A DNA stretch of 64,000 nucleotides from an uncultured Planctomycetota bacterium (GCA_963737655.1 CAVTTN010000002.1:832001-896000), one strand, 5' to 3'. Shown: positions 11,830 through 25,495, counted from the first letter of the stretch. Numbers and translations are program-made. The notes: a model not told the origin generated them from the sequence alone.

Positions 11830-14583
<2,754 letters not shown>

Positions 14584-14638
14584 CGCGTGCACACGCCTCC
14601 CCTCGAATCAGACGCCCTGGACGCATGGGGGCACGGCC

Positions 14639-15523
14639 GTGAACGCCTCGAAGGTCATCTCCATCCTCAACGCCTCGGCGCTCGTGACGATGATGGTTTC
14701 GATGGGGCTGCGCGTGACGGGCGGCGAGCTCCTGGCCTCGGCTCGACCGGCTCGTCGGCTCGTCCTCGGCCTGATCGCGAACTTCGCGCTGCTCCCGGCG
14801 GTCACGGTCGGATTGCTCCACGCCTTCCATGCTCGGCCGATGATCGCGGTGGGGTTCCTGATCCTCGCCTCCTGCCCCGGAGCCCCGGTCGGGCCACCGA
14901 TCACCGCCATCGCCCGGGGGGATGTCCCGTGGTCCCTGGGAATGATGCTGATCCTGGCCGGGCTCTCGGCGCTGCTGACGCCGGCCCTCCTCAGCGTGCT
15001 CCTGCCCTGGGTCGCGCCCGCAACCGACTTGCACGTGGACTACCGGGGGATCATCCGGATCTTGCTGATCACCCAGTTGCTCCCGCTCGGCCTGGGACTG
15101 GGAATCCGCCGCGAGGCGCCCCGGTGGGCCCGTCGCCTGGAGAAACCGCTCGGCCGCCTCGCGAATGTCCTCCTCCTGGCGCTGGTCGGGGCGATCGTGG
15201 CGACGCAATTCGGGATGCTGGCGGCCATCCGGCCCCGAGGCTGGTTCGGGATGGGGCTGCTGGTGGTGGCCGGCCTGGGACTCGGCTGGTCCTGCGGCGG
15301 TCCCGGCGGCGCGTGTCGGAGGGCCCTGGCCACGACCACGGCCACGCGTAACGTCGCGCTCGGCCTGGTCATCGTCGGGAGCAACTTCGCGGGCACGCCG
15401 GCCGTCACCGCCGTCGTCGCATACGGCCTGCTCTCCATCCTCGGGGCGCTGGGATTCGCCCTGCTGGTGGGCAGGACGGATGCGATCGGGACGGAGAGGG
15501 TGCGCGTCGCTCCGTCGCTCTGA
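14639..15523 (+). CDS. Bile acid:sodium symporter (BASS) family transporter
   Basis: Multiple hydrophobic helices; GLIANF, ASCPGAP and ATRNVALG motifs. Confidence 0.88.
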   Translation: MNASKVISILNASALVTMMVSMGLRVTGGELLASARPARRLVLGLIANFALLPAVTVGLLHAFHARPMIAVGFLILASCPGAPVGPPITAIARGDVPWSLGMMLILAGLSALLTPALLSVLLPWVAPATDLHVDYRGIIRILLITQLLPLGLGLGIRREAPRWARRLEKPLGRLANVLLLALVGAIVATQFGMLAAIRPRGWFGMGLLVVAGLGLGWSCGGPGGACRRALATTTATRNVALGLVIVGSNFAGTPAVTAVVAYGLLSILGALGFALLVGRTDAIGTERVRVAPSL

Positions 15524-15538
15524 GCGCGACTCGGCCGT

Positions 15539-17404
15539 TCACTCCGTCGCGGCATCATTCATGTCGGAGGTCGTCTTGAAGAGCCGAGGATCGAGCCGAT
15601 TCAGCAGCCGATGGAGCTTGGGCACCTGCTCCAGCGCGGCCGACTCGCCGATCGCGGCGAGCTCCTTCGCCCTCATGAACTCCGCGGGGTCGATGGACGT
15701 CACGTCCGGCTCGATCACCACGTCCGCCGGCTGGACGCCGAAGGCGTTCAGGCTGTAATTCTGGACGAGCAGGCTGCGCACGATCGTCGGCATGATGCCG
15801 GGCCTGGCCGCCGACGGGCCGGATTTCTCGGGCGAGATGTCGCAGAAGCGAGACTCCAGCTTCGCCGACACGCTGACCGCGATCACGAAATTGCAACCCA
15901 TCGACACCAGCACGTCCGCCGGGATGTTGTTGACCAGCCCGCCGTCGATCAGCGCCTGGCCGTTGCGGACGATCGGCACGGAGAGCACGGGCAAGTTGAT
16001 GCTCTCGAGGATCGCATGGACGGCATCGCCGCGTTCGCGGACGACCGAGTTGCCGCTCACCAAATCGACCGTGACGGAGAGGCAGGGGACGGCGAGTTGT
16101 TCGAGCCTCCAGTCATGCAGGTACTTCCGCAGCATGCCATCGAAGTGCCCGCGGCGATACTTGTACAGGAGGTGCCAGTAGTTCCCCTGCGGGAGCTGGC
16201 GAAAGATCCAGGGGGGGGCGAGGTCGGCGGCGAACGCGTCCGCGTTGCAGTCCGGATCCATCCCGGAGGCGTACATGATGCCCGTCATGGCGCCGGCGCT
16301 GGTGCCGGCGATCATGTCGACGACGATTCCGTTGCGCTCGAGGACCTTGAGCATGCCGAGGTGCGACAGCCCCCGGGCCGCCCCGCCGCCGAGCGCCACG
16401 CCCACGCGCACGCCGCGAAGGTCGTGCACCAGCCGCTCCAGCCCGAACGATAGCGACTGGCCCCAGGGCAATCCCGGCGGCGCCTCGTGGATCTTGAAGT
16501 CGCGCGCGGCGAGGGTGGCGAGGTCGGGCACGACGGGGACCACGGGGCTGTCATCCTTGATCACCCAGGCGACGCTGGTCTTGTCGCGCCAGCCCCGGGC
16601 CGCCACGTCGATCGCCCGCAGGCGGCCGATGGCGGCGTCCGCCCCGTCGGCCGGCACGAAATAGATGGCGCGGTCGACCAGCTCCATGAGCCGCGGGGTC
16701 AGTTCCGGCGTCAGGTAGGAATGGACGTCGAAGATGACCCGATGGGCATCCTGCCATTGTGCACCTTGCTCACGGACTTCCTCCGGCGTCAAATCCCGGC
16801 CATTCTCGCGGAGCGGCCGGAACCGCACGTTGGGCAGATCCAGCCGCGCGTCCGAATCGCTCAGGACGCCGAGCTGCTCACCCACGTCGCTCAGTCGCCG
16901 GATCAGCCGCTCGGCCGTCGGCCGAGTCGCGGGCGAAACGTGGATCAGGGCCAGCATCATCACCGACCGCTTGGGGGCGTCGCCCAGGAAGATCTTCCGC
17001 AGGCTCCCCGCGTAGGTCTTGAGCCACACTCGGCGAAGCTCCGGCCTGGCCAGTGTCAATTCCATCGCCTCTTCGTAGTCCAGCCTGAGGACCGTCGAGG
17101 GCTCGAGCGCAACGACGCGGATCGGCACCGATTCGTTGAGCGCGCCGACCATCATCCCGAATTGCTCCCCGCGCTCGATCATCCGGAACAGCGACTCGGT
17201 CCCGTTGGCGCCGACCCGAACGGCCTTGAGCCGCCCCCTCAGGACGAAGCCGACCGTGGTGAGGACCACGTCCGCCTCGTGCACGATGCCGCCCGCCGGA
17301 TACCGCGTGACTCGCCCGAGCCGCGCGACTTCCTCGAGGGTTTCCTCCGAGGCTCCCTGAAAGTATTCGTGCACCTTCAGGAGCGCAATGACCTCATCGT
17401 TCAT
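15539..17404 (-). CDS. cNMP-binding domain + patatin-like phospholipase
   Basis: N-terminal cNMP fold (FVLRGRLKAV, GEQFG); patatin motifs GGGAARG, GTSAG and IDGG. Confidence 0.9.
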   Translation of the reverse strand: MNDEVIALLKVHEYFQGASEETLEEVARLGRVTRYPAGGIVHEADVVLTTVGFVLRGRLKAVRVGANGTESLFRMIERGEQFGMMVGALNESVPIRVVALEPSTVLRLDYEEAMELTLARPELRRVWLKTYAGSLRKIFLGDAPKRSVMMLALIHVSPATRPTAERLIRRLSDVGEQLGVLSDSDARLDLPNVRFRPLRENGRDLTPEEVREQGAQWQDAHRVIFDVHSYLTPELTPRLMELVDRAIYFVPADGADAAIGRLRAIDVAARGWRDKTSVAWVIKDDSPVVPVVPDLATLAARDFKIHEAPPGLPWGQSLSFGLERLVHDLRGVRVGVALGGGAARGLSHLGMLKVLERNGIVVDMIAGTSAGAMTGIMYASGMDPDCNADAFAADLAPPWIFRQLPQGNYWHLLYKYRRGHFDGMLRKYLHDWRLEQLAVPCLSVTVDLVSGNSVVRERGDAVHAILESINLPVLSVPIVRNGQALIDGGLVNNIPADVLVSMGCNFVIAVSVSAKLESRFCDISPEKSGPSAARPGIMPTIVRSLLVQNYSLNAFGVQPADVVIEPDVTSIDPAEFMRAKELAAIGESAALEQVPKLHRLLNRLDPRLFKTTSDMNDAATE

Positions 17405-18413
17405 GGCGGCGCCTTTCGAGTTCGCGACGGATATGATCGCCGAATCCCACCGCCGGGGCGGCGTTCGCGATGTCGTTCAGGTAGGCGAGTCGGCGGAGTT
17501 CCTGGAAGGGTAGGGTCCGGTCCAATCGACCGTCCCGATAAAGGACCCGGTCCAGACGGGCGTTGGCAATCACGCGCCAGTCCCAGCGGACCTTCGTGCT
17601 GGGAAGCTTGTAGAAGGACGTCGTGCAATTGGTGAACAGGACGTGGTACCAGCGCGGGTTGTCGTGTAATTGATTGATCGTATCCACGTAGTCGAGGAAC
17701 AGGCGTTTGAGTTCCTCGGCGCTGGAATTGAGGTGGTAGAAGTATCCCCATTGGTTTTCGCTGTACTTCGTGCGACGAAGGATGACATCGCGCTCGTCCG
17801 CGGCGACGAAGATGAGCTCCTGCTGTCGATACAGACTTTGAAAGACCGAGTATTTCTGCCCTTTCGTGATTCTCGCCTCGATCGACATGCAGATGCGGCC
17901 ATCGGGCCCGAAGTCGAAGACCAGGGCGGGGTGGCCCCTGAGCCCGTCACCCCAGTCGAAGAAGATGACATCCACTCCCCTGAGATTCGAGAGATAATAC
18001 GTGCGCGTTTCCCAATGTGGCGTGAAATCGTCGACCGAACGATATTCCAGGTTGCGGACGTTTTCGATCGTCACCGCATCCCCGTCGATCACGGCTCGCG
18101 GCAGTTCGCTCATGCTCGGGTCCCAGTCGCGTTCGTTCGTCGGTTTCAGCCGGAACCACCAGGCGAGGAACAGCGACTCCGCCCCGAGCAGGGCGGCGAT
18201 CGGCTGCCAGAGCGGCCGCCAGACCGCGAAAATCGCGACGAAGCCAACGGCCCAGGCCAGGACGACCCAACGGCCCCAACCGGCTCCGCCGCATCCATCG
18301 AAGTAGATCGCGCCGGCCATCCAAATCGCGATCAGGGCACACGCCAGCAACGATGCTCCCGTGAGGAATCCCAGGAAGAGACCCATGAGCGTGCTCGCTT
18401 CGGGTTGCCGCAT
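17394..18413 (-). CDS. DUF4105 (Lnb-like) membrane-anchored protein
   Basis: N-terminal TM helices, NVRNLEYRS, GHPALVFDF, SIEAR, ADERDVI and WYHVLFTNCTT. Start may be 18386. Confidence 0.85.
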   Translation of the reverse strand: MRQPEASTLMGLFLGFLTGASLLACALIAIWMAGAIYFDGCGGAGWGRWVVLAWAVGFVAIFAVWRPLWQPIAALLGAESLFLAWWFRLKPTNERDWDPSMSELPRAVIDGDAVTIENVRNLEYRSVDDFTPHWETRTYYLSNLRGVDVIFFDWGDGLRGHPALVFDFGPDGRICMSIEARITKGQKYSVFQSLYRQQELIFVAADERDVILRRTKYSENQWGYFYHLNSSAEELKRLFLDYVDTINQLHDNPRWYHVLFTNCTTSFYKLPSTKVRWDWRVIANARLDRVLYRDGRLDRTLPFQELRRLAYLNDIANAAPAVGFGDHIRRELERRRHER

Positions 18414-19165
18414 TCAGAATAAGAGCCGGTTGCCAGATCAACCTTCACGCAGTTTACCCGCGCGCGCATTTCAAGCCTTCGTCATCTCGCCTGATTTTCC
18501 GAGATTTTATCCGTTCTATTTTTCTGGGTGCCTGCCGATGGGCCTCGCCACGGGGTGTAGAATTCCGCGCGTCCGAATCGTGTTGGCCGTGGGCGTGCCT
18601 CTCAACTCGGCGATGGAACGAATCACTCGGCACGGCATCCTCGACCGTCAATTGGCCGTCGCCCGAGTCGCGGTCCTCGCGAACATGGCCGATCCCGGGA
18701 AGGCCGTCGAACCTTTCGATCCGATCCTTGACGAGTGATACGACAACTCATCGTCTCGCGAACGACGATTTCCGGCCGACCGGGCGTTGGGCAGGGAGCT
18801 GTTCGACTCCCTTCGGACGTGCCGAGATCCGATCGATTTCCCGAGGACAGGCGAGCACATTTCCATGAGTGGCACGCGTCGACGAAGCGTCATGAAAACG
18901 TCTCTCCGTGAACTTCGCCGGCCGCCGCTGCTCGTGCCCGGCCAGTGCGTCGGGCAGGCGTCGGGAGTCCCGCTCGGCTCCGGCCTGTGGCACCAGGCGA
19001 ACCGAATGCCCTCGGCTCCCGCCTTCTGATCGGGTTGGATTTCACGATTTGGGGCCGGAACCATCAGGACTCCTTGCGGAGCGAGTGCCCCTCCGTCAAG
19101 ATGAACGACCGGATGGAGACTCTGCCTCGCCTTCGACGACAATTTCATGTCGGGCGGCTTCCACC

Positions 19166-20167
19166 ATGCATCGACGATCCGCCCTCCTCGGGGCCTTGCT
19201 CACACTCGGCTGCGCCCTCGCCTCGGACCGAGCCGATGCCCGAGGAGACGAGCAGGCCGCGAGCGCCGTTCCGTATGAAGGCAAGCTCATCCACCTGGAT
19301 GAGACGGGACATTTCCACGTCTGGAATCTGGAAGACGGACGATTCGATCCGGAGATGTCAGCGAAGCTCGCTCACGATTCGATCACCCACCTGGCGACGG
19401 ACGGCGGCAGGCTCTGGGCGTCCGGGAAGTCCGTCCTTTACGATTGGTCCTCGAAAGAGCAAGCCTGGAAGAAGGTCGCCGACTTTGACGGCGGTGGGGA
19501 GGCGCTGCTCGCTCTCGCCGGACTCGACGGATCGCCTCTCCTCATTTTTCCATCCAAGGTCATGGATCTCAAGAAAGTTCGCACGTTCAAGGTCCCCATG
19601 ATGAGGGGTCAAATTCAGACAGATTCCCTCCGCCTCCTCGCGTTCCGGGCGGCGGACTCCATGCTCTGGCTGGGGACGGGCCACGGCGAATGGGGGGGGC
19701 ATCTCGTCGGCCTCAACCCGAAAACCGGCCAATGGGTCCAATACTATGACGATCTCCATTATGTGACCGGGATCACGACGGCCGGGCCGGGAGAGGTCAT
19801 CGTCAGTTGGTCGATGAGCCACTTCAACGCGCACACTCGGATTCGAATTCATGGCCTTGACGGGAAGCCGAAGACCGCCTATCCCATGCTTTATTCAAAA
19901 TATTATCAGACAATTTCATATAACAAATACGATAAGCTTTTGTATGGAGTTGAGAACACCCATCTTGTTACCATCAAGGATGGCAAGCCCTCGAAGGTCG
20001 CGGAGTTGCAGGGCCAGGTCTTCGAGCGGGAGCCGAGGGCGATCGGTGTGGCCCCCGGGGTTTCCGCTTTGATCCCCGTCGCGGAGAAGGCCCTGATCGT
20101 GGTGCCGAACCACGGTTTGCCGTGGAGGCTCAAGGACGGCGAACTGACCCAACTTCGTACGCCCTGA
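19166..20167 (+). CDS. Secreted hypothetical protein, likely beta-propeller
   Basis: Signal peptide MHRRSALLGALLTLGCALA; LWLGTGHGEWGG; beta-rich repeats. Confidence 0.65.
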   Translation: MHRRSALLGALLTLGCALASDRADARGDEQAASAVPYEGKLIHLDETGHFHVWNLEDGRFDPEMSAKLAHDSITHLATDGGRLWASGKSVLYDWSSKEQAWKKVADFDGGGEALLALAGLDGSPLLIFPSKVMDLKKVRTFKVPMMRGQIQTDSLRLLAFRAADSMLWLGTGHGEWGGHLVGLNPKTGQWVQYYDDLHYVTGITTAGPGEVIVSWSMSHFNAHTRIRIHGLDGKPKTAYPMLYSKYYQTISYNKYDKLLYGVENTHLVTIKDGKPSKVAELQGQVFEREPRAIGVAPGVSALIPVAEKALIVVPNHGLPWRLKDGELTQLRTP

Positions 20168-20837
20168 TTCGACCGCGGCGCCGAAGCCATTGGTCGTAGC
20201 CGATCGGTAGGACCCGGCAGATCGTCCCTCGCGAAGCCTCCCATGTCCGACTGGCGACCCGGCGACCTCGTCGAGCTCGACGGCCTTTTTTCCGACGCTC
20301 TACCGGGTCCGCTACTCGGACTAGGTTCCGCTTGTCCGCCATCCCTCCTGTTTTCCTCTCCGAACGGCGAATCACGACGGAGTTCTGGAGATCCTGTCGC
20401 CTCGTCCCAGGCATGAAGCACAGGCGCGTCGGATCGGGATGATCGTCGAGGCCGCGACGTGCGGGCGGGCCATCCCGCGCAAGGGCCAGGGAACGCAACC
20501 CCGTGAGTGCGTCTTCCTCGCGAGCGAGGCGGCGATTTTCGGCAAGGACACGCTCGACCTCGACGCCGGCGCCCTCCGCCGGACGTCTGGAGTGCGGCGG
20601 GTCTGGATTCGACCTGTCGCAAGAATGCGATTCGGGTCATTCTTGAATCTTGCCTCGGATTGGGAATTATGGGTCAATGGCTCTCTGATCGGATCTTCCT
20701 GGATGGACTGCCATCCGGGGGATCGGTCAACCTCCCTCGGGAGAGGGCCCGGCCTGGTGGGGTCGGGTTTTTCTGAAATCGAGGTGCGACCTGGCGGGCC
20801 GGTCCGCCGGGGTTGGTCGTTCGGTGCTCGGGGAGCC

Positions 20838-21275
20838 ATGAGGATGCGTGCCTTCGACACCATGGAGGTGTTGATCCTGATTGCCGTGGCCCTCGTCGCA
20901 TGTCGTCGCGGGAAGGAGGGCCGGAGATCCGGCCCGGTCCGGGTGGCTCCTGGCGTCGTCTACTCCCTGGAGGATGGCGAGCGTTCTCATCGCGAGGCGC
21001 CCGAGACGTTCGAGATCCCGAGCCTGGCCGAGCGCGAGGCCCTTGCGCCGGGTCGGATCGTCAAGCTGATGTTCCGGATCACGGCGGACGGCGAGACCTT
21101 GGTGGAACGAATGTGGGTGATTGTCGAGGGCGAGGAGGCCGGCGGCTATGTGGGCTCCCTCGATAATCAGCCCTATTCGACCGAGGCGATGCGTCCCGGG
21201 CTGAAACTTCATTTTCATGCCCGCCATGTGATCAGCATTTACGATGACCGTGCCGAGGACGGGCCGTCCGGCTGA
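20838..21275 (+). CDS. DUF2314 (YegJ-like) domain protein
   Basis: VKLMF...ERMWVIV...YVGSLDNQP...FHARHVISI pattern; GGAG upstream. Confidence 0.7.
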   Translation: MRMRAFDTMEVLILIAVALVACRRGKEGRRSGPVRVAPGVVYSLEDGERSHREAPETFEIPSLAEREALAPGRIVKLMFRITADGETLVERMWVIVEGEEAGGYVGSLDNQPYSTEAMRPGLKLHFHARHVISIYDDRAEDGPSG

Positions 21276-21378
21276 GAGTCCGCCCCGGAATGTCCCGGCC
21301 TGCGGTCGATCCGGGGCGGGTCTTGGCGAGAGTGTCCGCCGAGATGGTTCGAAGGGGTGAGGGAAGGGAGGTCGGTCG

Positions 21379-21921
21379 ATGGGTCGCGCGATCGCGCGGT
21401 TGGCGGTCCCGCGCGTATTGCTGGGCGCGGTCGTGGCGGGCCTGGTGCTCGTCGCCTCGGGCCAGGACGCGGGCCGGGGGGTCCCGGCGAAGGCGACCGC
21501 CGACGGGAACTACTCGGGATTGCTTCGGAAGGTCGAGGTCCCTCAGGACAGGAAGACGTATGGCGACTTCTTCGAGGGAGGCTACTTCCCCGAGCTCCCC
21601 GCCTACGAAGGGTATCGCGACCTCCCCGCCGGCCACTGGGTCTATGTCTCGCCCCACTGGTACATCTGGAAGGACAGCAAGGTACCCCGGGAGCCCGCCG
21701 CGGTGGAGGCAGACCTGATGGCGCGTAATGACCCGTTCGTCGCGATGCAGGAGAAGGACGTCGAGATCCATTTCTTCGGCGGCGAGGTTCTCAAGGGTCG
21801 AATCGCCGAGAACCGGGCGTCCTACGTCCTCGTGACGACCCCCGGCAGCAAGCAGCGAGCCTGGGTCAACAAGGGGCACGTCTCCTCGATCCGGTGGGAG
21901 GACGAGGCGGACGCCCGATAA
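21379..21921 (+). CDS. Secreted hypothetical protein
   Basis: Hydrophobic N-terminus; LPAGHWVYVSPHWYIW segment; small C-terminal beta domain. Confidence 0.7.
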   Translation: MGRAIARLAVPRVLLGAVVAGLVLVASGQDAGRGVPAKATADGNYSGLLRKVEVPQDRKTYGDFFEGGYFPELPAYEGYRDLPAGHWVYVSPHWYIWKDSKVPREPAAVEADLMARNDPFVAMQEKDVEIHFFGGEVLKGRIAENRASYVLVTTPGSKQRAWVNKGHVSSIRWEDEADAR

Positions 21922-22452
21922 GGACGCTCGGCGCCGGTCGCAACCCCTGGGGCTCGGTCGTCGAACGACGGGTGAGAACGCCCTAGCCCCGGGGCCGATC
22001 GGGAGGCCTCATCCCACCAGAGTGGCACAATTTTCATTAGCCCGTCCCGGTTGCGAGAGGGTCGTGAGGGTGAGTCGGCCGTCCGCGTCCGCGTGGCCTC
22101 CCGGCCGCTCTTCCCGTTCGGGGACGACCCGAGCCGCCCGGCCCACCCGATGCATCCATCTCGCGGATGGGCGTTGGACACGGGGATGGCGCCGAGCTGT
22201 GAAGGTCTCGAGGCGGCGCCACGGAATCGAGGTCCCTGCCCCCGCCTTGGACGGGTGTCTAAGGCATGGGGCGAAGCTCGTTGGTCAAATCCTGTCCTCT
22301 TTTTTCAACAACGAAATAATGTAGCACACCCATATGGATTTTTCGGGGGGACGCGGTTAGAACTCTGCGACGGGGCGGGTCGCCGCGGGGTGTCGATGCG
22401 AGCGGCGAGCCGACCCCCCTCATCGAGTTCGAACATCCCGAGGAGCAGCGCG

Positions 22453-23198
22453 ATGAAGCGAAGCATGGGACTGCGCCAGTCGCCGCGATGGCGATCTTTG
22501 CTGCCGTGGCGCTGGAGGCGCGGGCGGACCTGATCAACATTACTCAGGACGACGTCAACCAGGCCGCCGGCGGCGTCACCATCAAGGCCAACTACGACGT
22601 CGCCGGGATCATGGGCCTGTGCCCGGGCGGGAACATCCGGTTCATCCAGCAGGTCTCGCTGACCGACGGGAGCGGCAACCCGAAGAACGGCGTGCCGGGT
22701 TACCCGAACTCGAACTTCATCGACCCCCAGCCGAACCAGGGCAACCCGGGCGACTTCGACAATCAGCCGTGGTACGACGCGACCTACAACAACGCGGCGA
22801 ACCGGGACGCGAACACCAATCGCCAGTACGGCTCGGGCTCGTACTACTATGACAAGCCCGCGGGCTGGGGCGCGTTCAAGCCGGTGATGTTCTCGGCGAC
22901 CGCGGCCGTCGTCTGCATCGACACGTCCAACTGCACGTTCCAGATCCTCGCCGGCTTCACCTGGGGGTTCTCGATCGCGGCCGACGGCACGGTCACGAAC
23001 ATCCCGGCGATGACCACCGTGATGAACGACGCCGCCACGCGGAAGCTGTTCAATGACTCGCTGGCGACCGGCCCGGCGACGTTCAGCAAGTGGAAGGCGG
23101 TGCAGTCGGTGCCCGAGCCGTCCTCGATCGTCCTGGCGGGGTTGGGCCTCGTCGGGCTGCGGACCCTGCGGGCCCGACGGAAGCGAGTCGCCGCATGA
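22453..23198 (+). CDS. PEP-CTERM sorting domain protein (frameshift in the signal peptide, ~22470-22480)
   Basis: C-terminal VPEPSSIVLAGLGLVGLRTLRARRKR. AGGAG at 22441 precedes ATG 22453, which is 1 nt out of frame with the body. Confidence 0.88.
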
Positions 23199-23713
23199 CC
23201 CTCCTCGGCGCGAGGCTGTTTCTGATGGTCGCTCTCGTCGCCGGAACACTTCGGGGGCCGTCGGCCTTGACGGTCCTCGACGTGGGCCTGTTCGATGGCG
23301 ACTCCTGGACGCTGGGCAAGAAAGCCATCGGCCGGCCGTTCCTCGTCCAGCTCGTCCTGACCAACGAAGGCGATGCGCCGATCTCGCTCTGGGACCCGAA
23401 GAACACCGAGGGCCGAACCTGCCCGTTCGTCGTCCTGACCGACGCCGCCGGCAAGGAAACGATCCTCAAGCCCCGGGTGATCCCCCGAGCCGGAGGCGCC
23501 CCCACGGTGGTCTCTCTGGAGCCAACCCGCGTCCTCGTGCTCGACCTGGAGCTCCTGAGGATGGTCGGTCCCGAGTCCCTGCCGCCAGGCAAATACACGC
23601 TCTCGGCCTTCTACGAAAATCGTCTGGAATCCGTCCCGCCCTTCCCCAAGGTCTGGACCGGTAAGATCCGGGGCAAACCCCGGACGATCACCATCGTTGC
23701 GCCGGAGCCTTGA
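23195..23713 (+). CDS. Secreted hypothetical protein (Ig-like beta-sandwich?)
   Basis: ATGA overlap with the PEP-CTERM gene; signal-like N-terminus; LVLTNEGD and LPPGKYTL. Confidence 0.7.
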   Translation: MTLLGARLFLMVALVAGTLRGPSALTVLDVGLFDGDSWTLGKKAIGRPFLVQLVLTNEGDAPISLWDPKNTEGRTCPFVVLTDAAGKETILKPRVIPRAGGAPTVVSLEPTRVLVLDLELLRMVGPESLPPGKYTLSAFYENRLESVPPFPKVWTGKIRGKPRTITIVAPEP

Positions 23714-23734
23714 TGGGGAACTCGCGGACGGGGA

Positions 23735-23786
23735 AAATGGTGTCAGATCGTATTTTTGAGTCCGAAAATATGATCTGACACCATTT
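23735..23786. repeat. Palindromic element (AAATGGTGTCAGATC...GATCTGACACCATTT)
   Basis: ~22-bp AT-rich inverted repeat with a short loop, downstream of a gene. Confidence 0.75.
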
Positions 23787-23869
23787 CCACTCCCAATTCC
23801 GCCGGGCCTGACATCGCGGGCGCCTCTCGGTACGATGGGAGGCGTGGGTTCGAGGCCCGGAGCGCGATC

Positions 23870-25479
23870 GTGGCGGATTCGGATCGAGGCAGGGCGCTCC
23901 GTCGGGCGGTGGTGGCGGGGCTGGTGGTCCCTGGGGCCTCCTCGCGCTGGGGTTGGCGTGGATGGGGCGGCGCGGGGCCGAGCCGTCGCCGTTGAGGGCC
24001 GTGAGCGGGGAGATCGTCCCGGGGATCTTCCTCCTGGCGGGGCTCGGGCCGTCGGCCGCCTATGCGGTCGAGACGCCGGCGGGGATCGTCCTGATCGACT
24101 CGGGCCTGGAGGCCGACGCCCGCCCTCTCAAGGCCGAGATGGCCAAACTAGGGCTCGATCCCAACGACGTCCGCGCGGTCTTCCTGACCCACGCCCACGG
24201 CGACCACACCGGAGGCGCGGGCCAGGTCCGGCAGGATGCCAAGGCGAAGGTTTACGCGGGGCAGGGGGACGCCCAGGTCCTCCGCGACGGCGGCCCTCGC
24301 GAGGCGGTCTTCAGCAACTTCTACATGCCGAACCATTCGCCCCATCCCACCCCGGTCGATGTCGAGCTCTCCGGCGGCGAGACGTTCGATTTCGGCGGGG
24401 TGAAGGTCCAGGCCCTCGCCTGCCCGGGACACACCCCGGGGAGCACCTGCTACCTCGTCGAGAAGGGCGGGTCCCGCGTCCTGTTCACCGGCGACGTCAT
24501 CATGCAGCTCGGGGGAGAGCAGACCGCCGGGATCTACTCGGCGTACCTCGCGCCTCGCTATCGAGGGGACACGGTGTCTTATTTGAATACCCTTCGGACC
24601 TTGCGGGCGATGCCCGTGCCGGACCTCGTCCTCCCCGGCCATCCGTTCTCGGACTCGTCGCCGCAGAGTCCTCGACTGAGCCCGTCGCGGTGGACATCGA
24701 TGCTCGACGCCGCGATCGGCGACCTGGAAATCCTCCGGGATCGGCATCGGGCCGATGGTCCCGACTTCCTCGACGGCCAACCGAAGGCGATCTTGCCGGG
24801 CGTGTGGTATCTCGGCGATGTCGAGGGGAGGGCGGTCTACGCCCTGGCCGGTTCGAAGGGCCTCGCTTTGGTCCATGCGCCGGGCGATTCGGGGCTGGCG
24901 GAGCGGGTCGCCGATCGCTTGAAGAAACTGGGCGTCGAGCCGTCGCAACCTTCGGTCGTCCTGCTGACGACGGCCGATCCCTCGGCGATCGGCGGGCTTC
25001 GGGGCGTCGTCGAGCGGTGGCATCCCACGGTCGTGGCCCCGGAGGATTCGCTCCAGGCGGTCCGCGACGCCTGCCCGGCGGGGACCGCGATCGTCCCGGC
25101 CTCCCCGACGTTGCCGGACGGGCTGGGCGAGGCGATCCCTCTCGGGCAATCCTCGGCGTTCGTCCTTTCTCGCGAGGGGAAAACGGTCCTCCTGACCGGG
25201 CGGTTCCCGATCCTGTTCGATCATGACTCGACCGAGGCCCTGGCCCGCGAGACGTCCGGCTCTCGCGACTCGGTGATGGATTACCTCGCGGCCCTCGATC
25301 GGCTGGCGAGGCTCCGGCCCGACGTCTGGTTGCCGGCGGTACCTTCCGAGGGCCAGAACGCGAACCTGTACGATCGTGAGTGGGAGACTTTGATCGCGAA
25401 CAACTTCCGGCTCGGTTATCATGAGCTGAGCCGGGCGGTCGGCCCGGCGCTGCCCCGGCCGTCGCCCCCCGGAAGATGA
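23870..25479 (+). CDS. Membrane-anchored MBL-fold metallo-hydrolase, copy 1 (active domain + degenerate second MBL domain); frameshift ~23928-23937 in the anchor
   Basis: LIDSG, THAHGDHTGG, GHTPGS, FTGDV and LPGH. GTG 23870 after GGAG gives RALRRAVVAGLVV, which joins LLALGLAW. Confidence 0.88.
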
Positions 25480-25495
25480 GGATGAGGCCCGTCCG

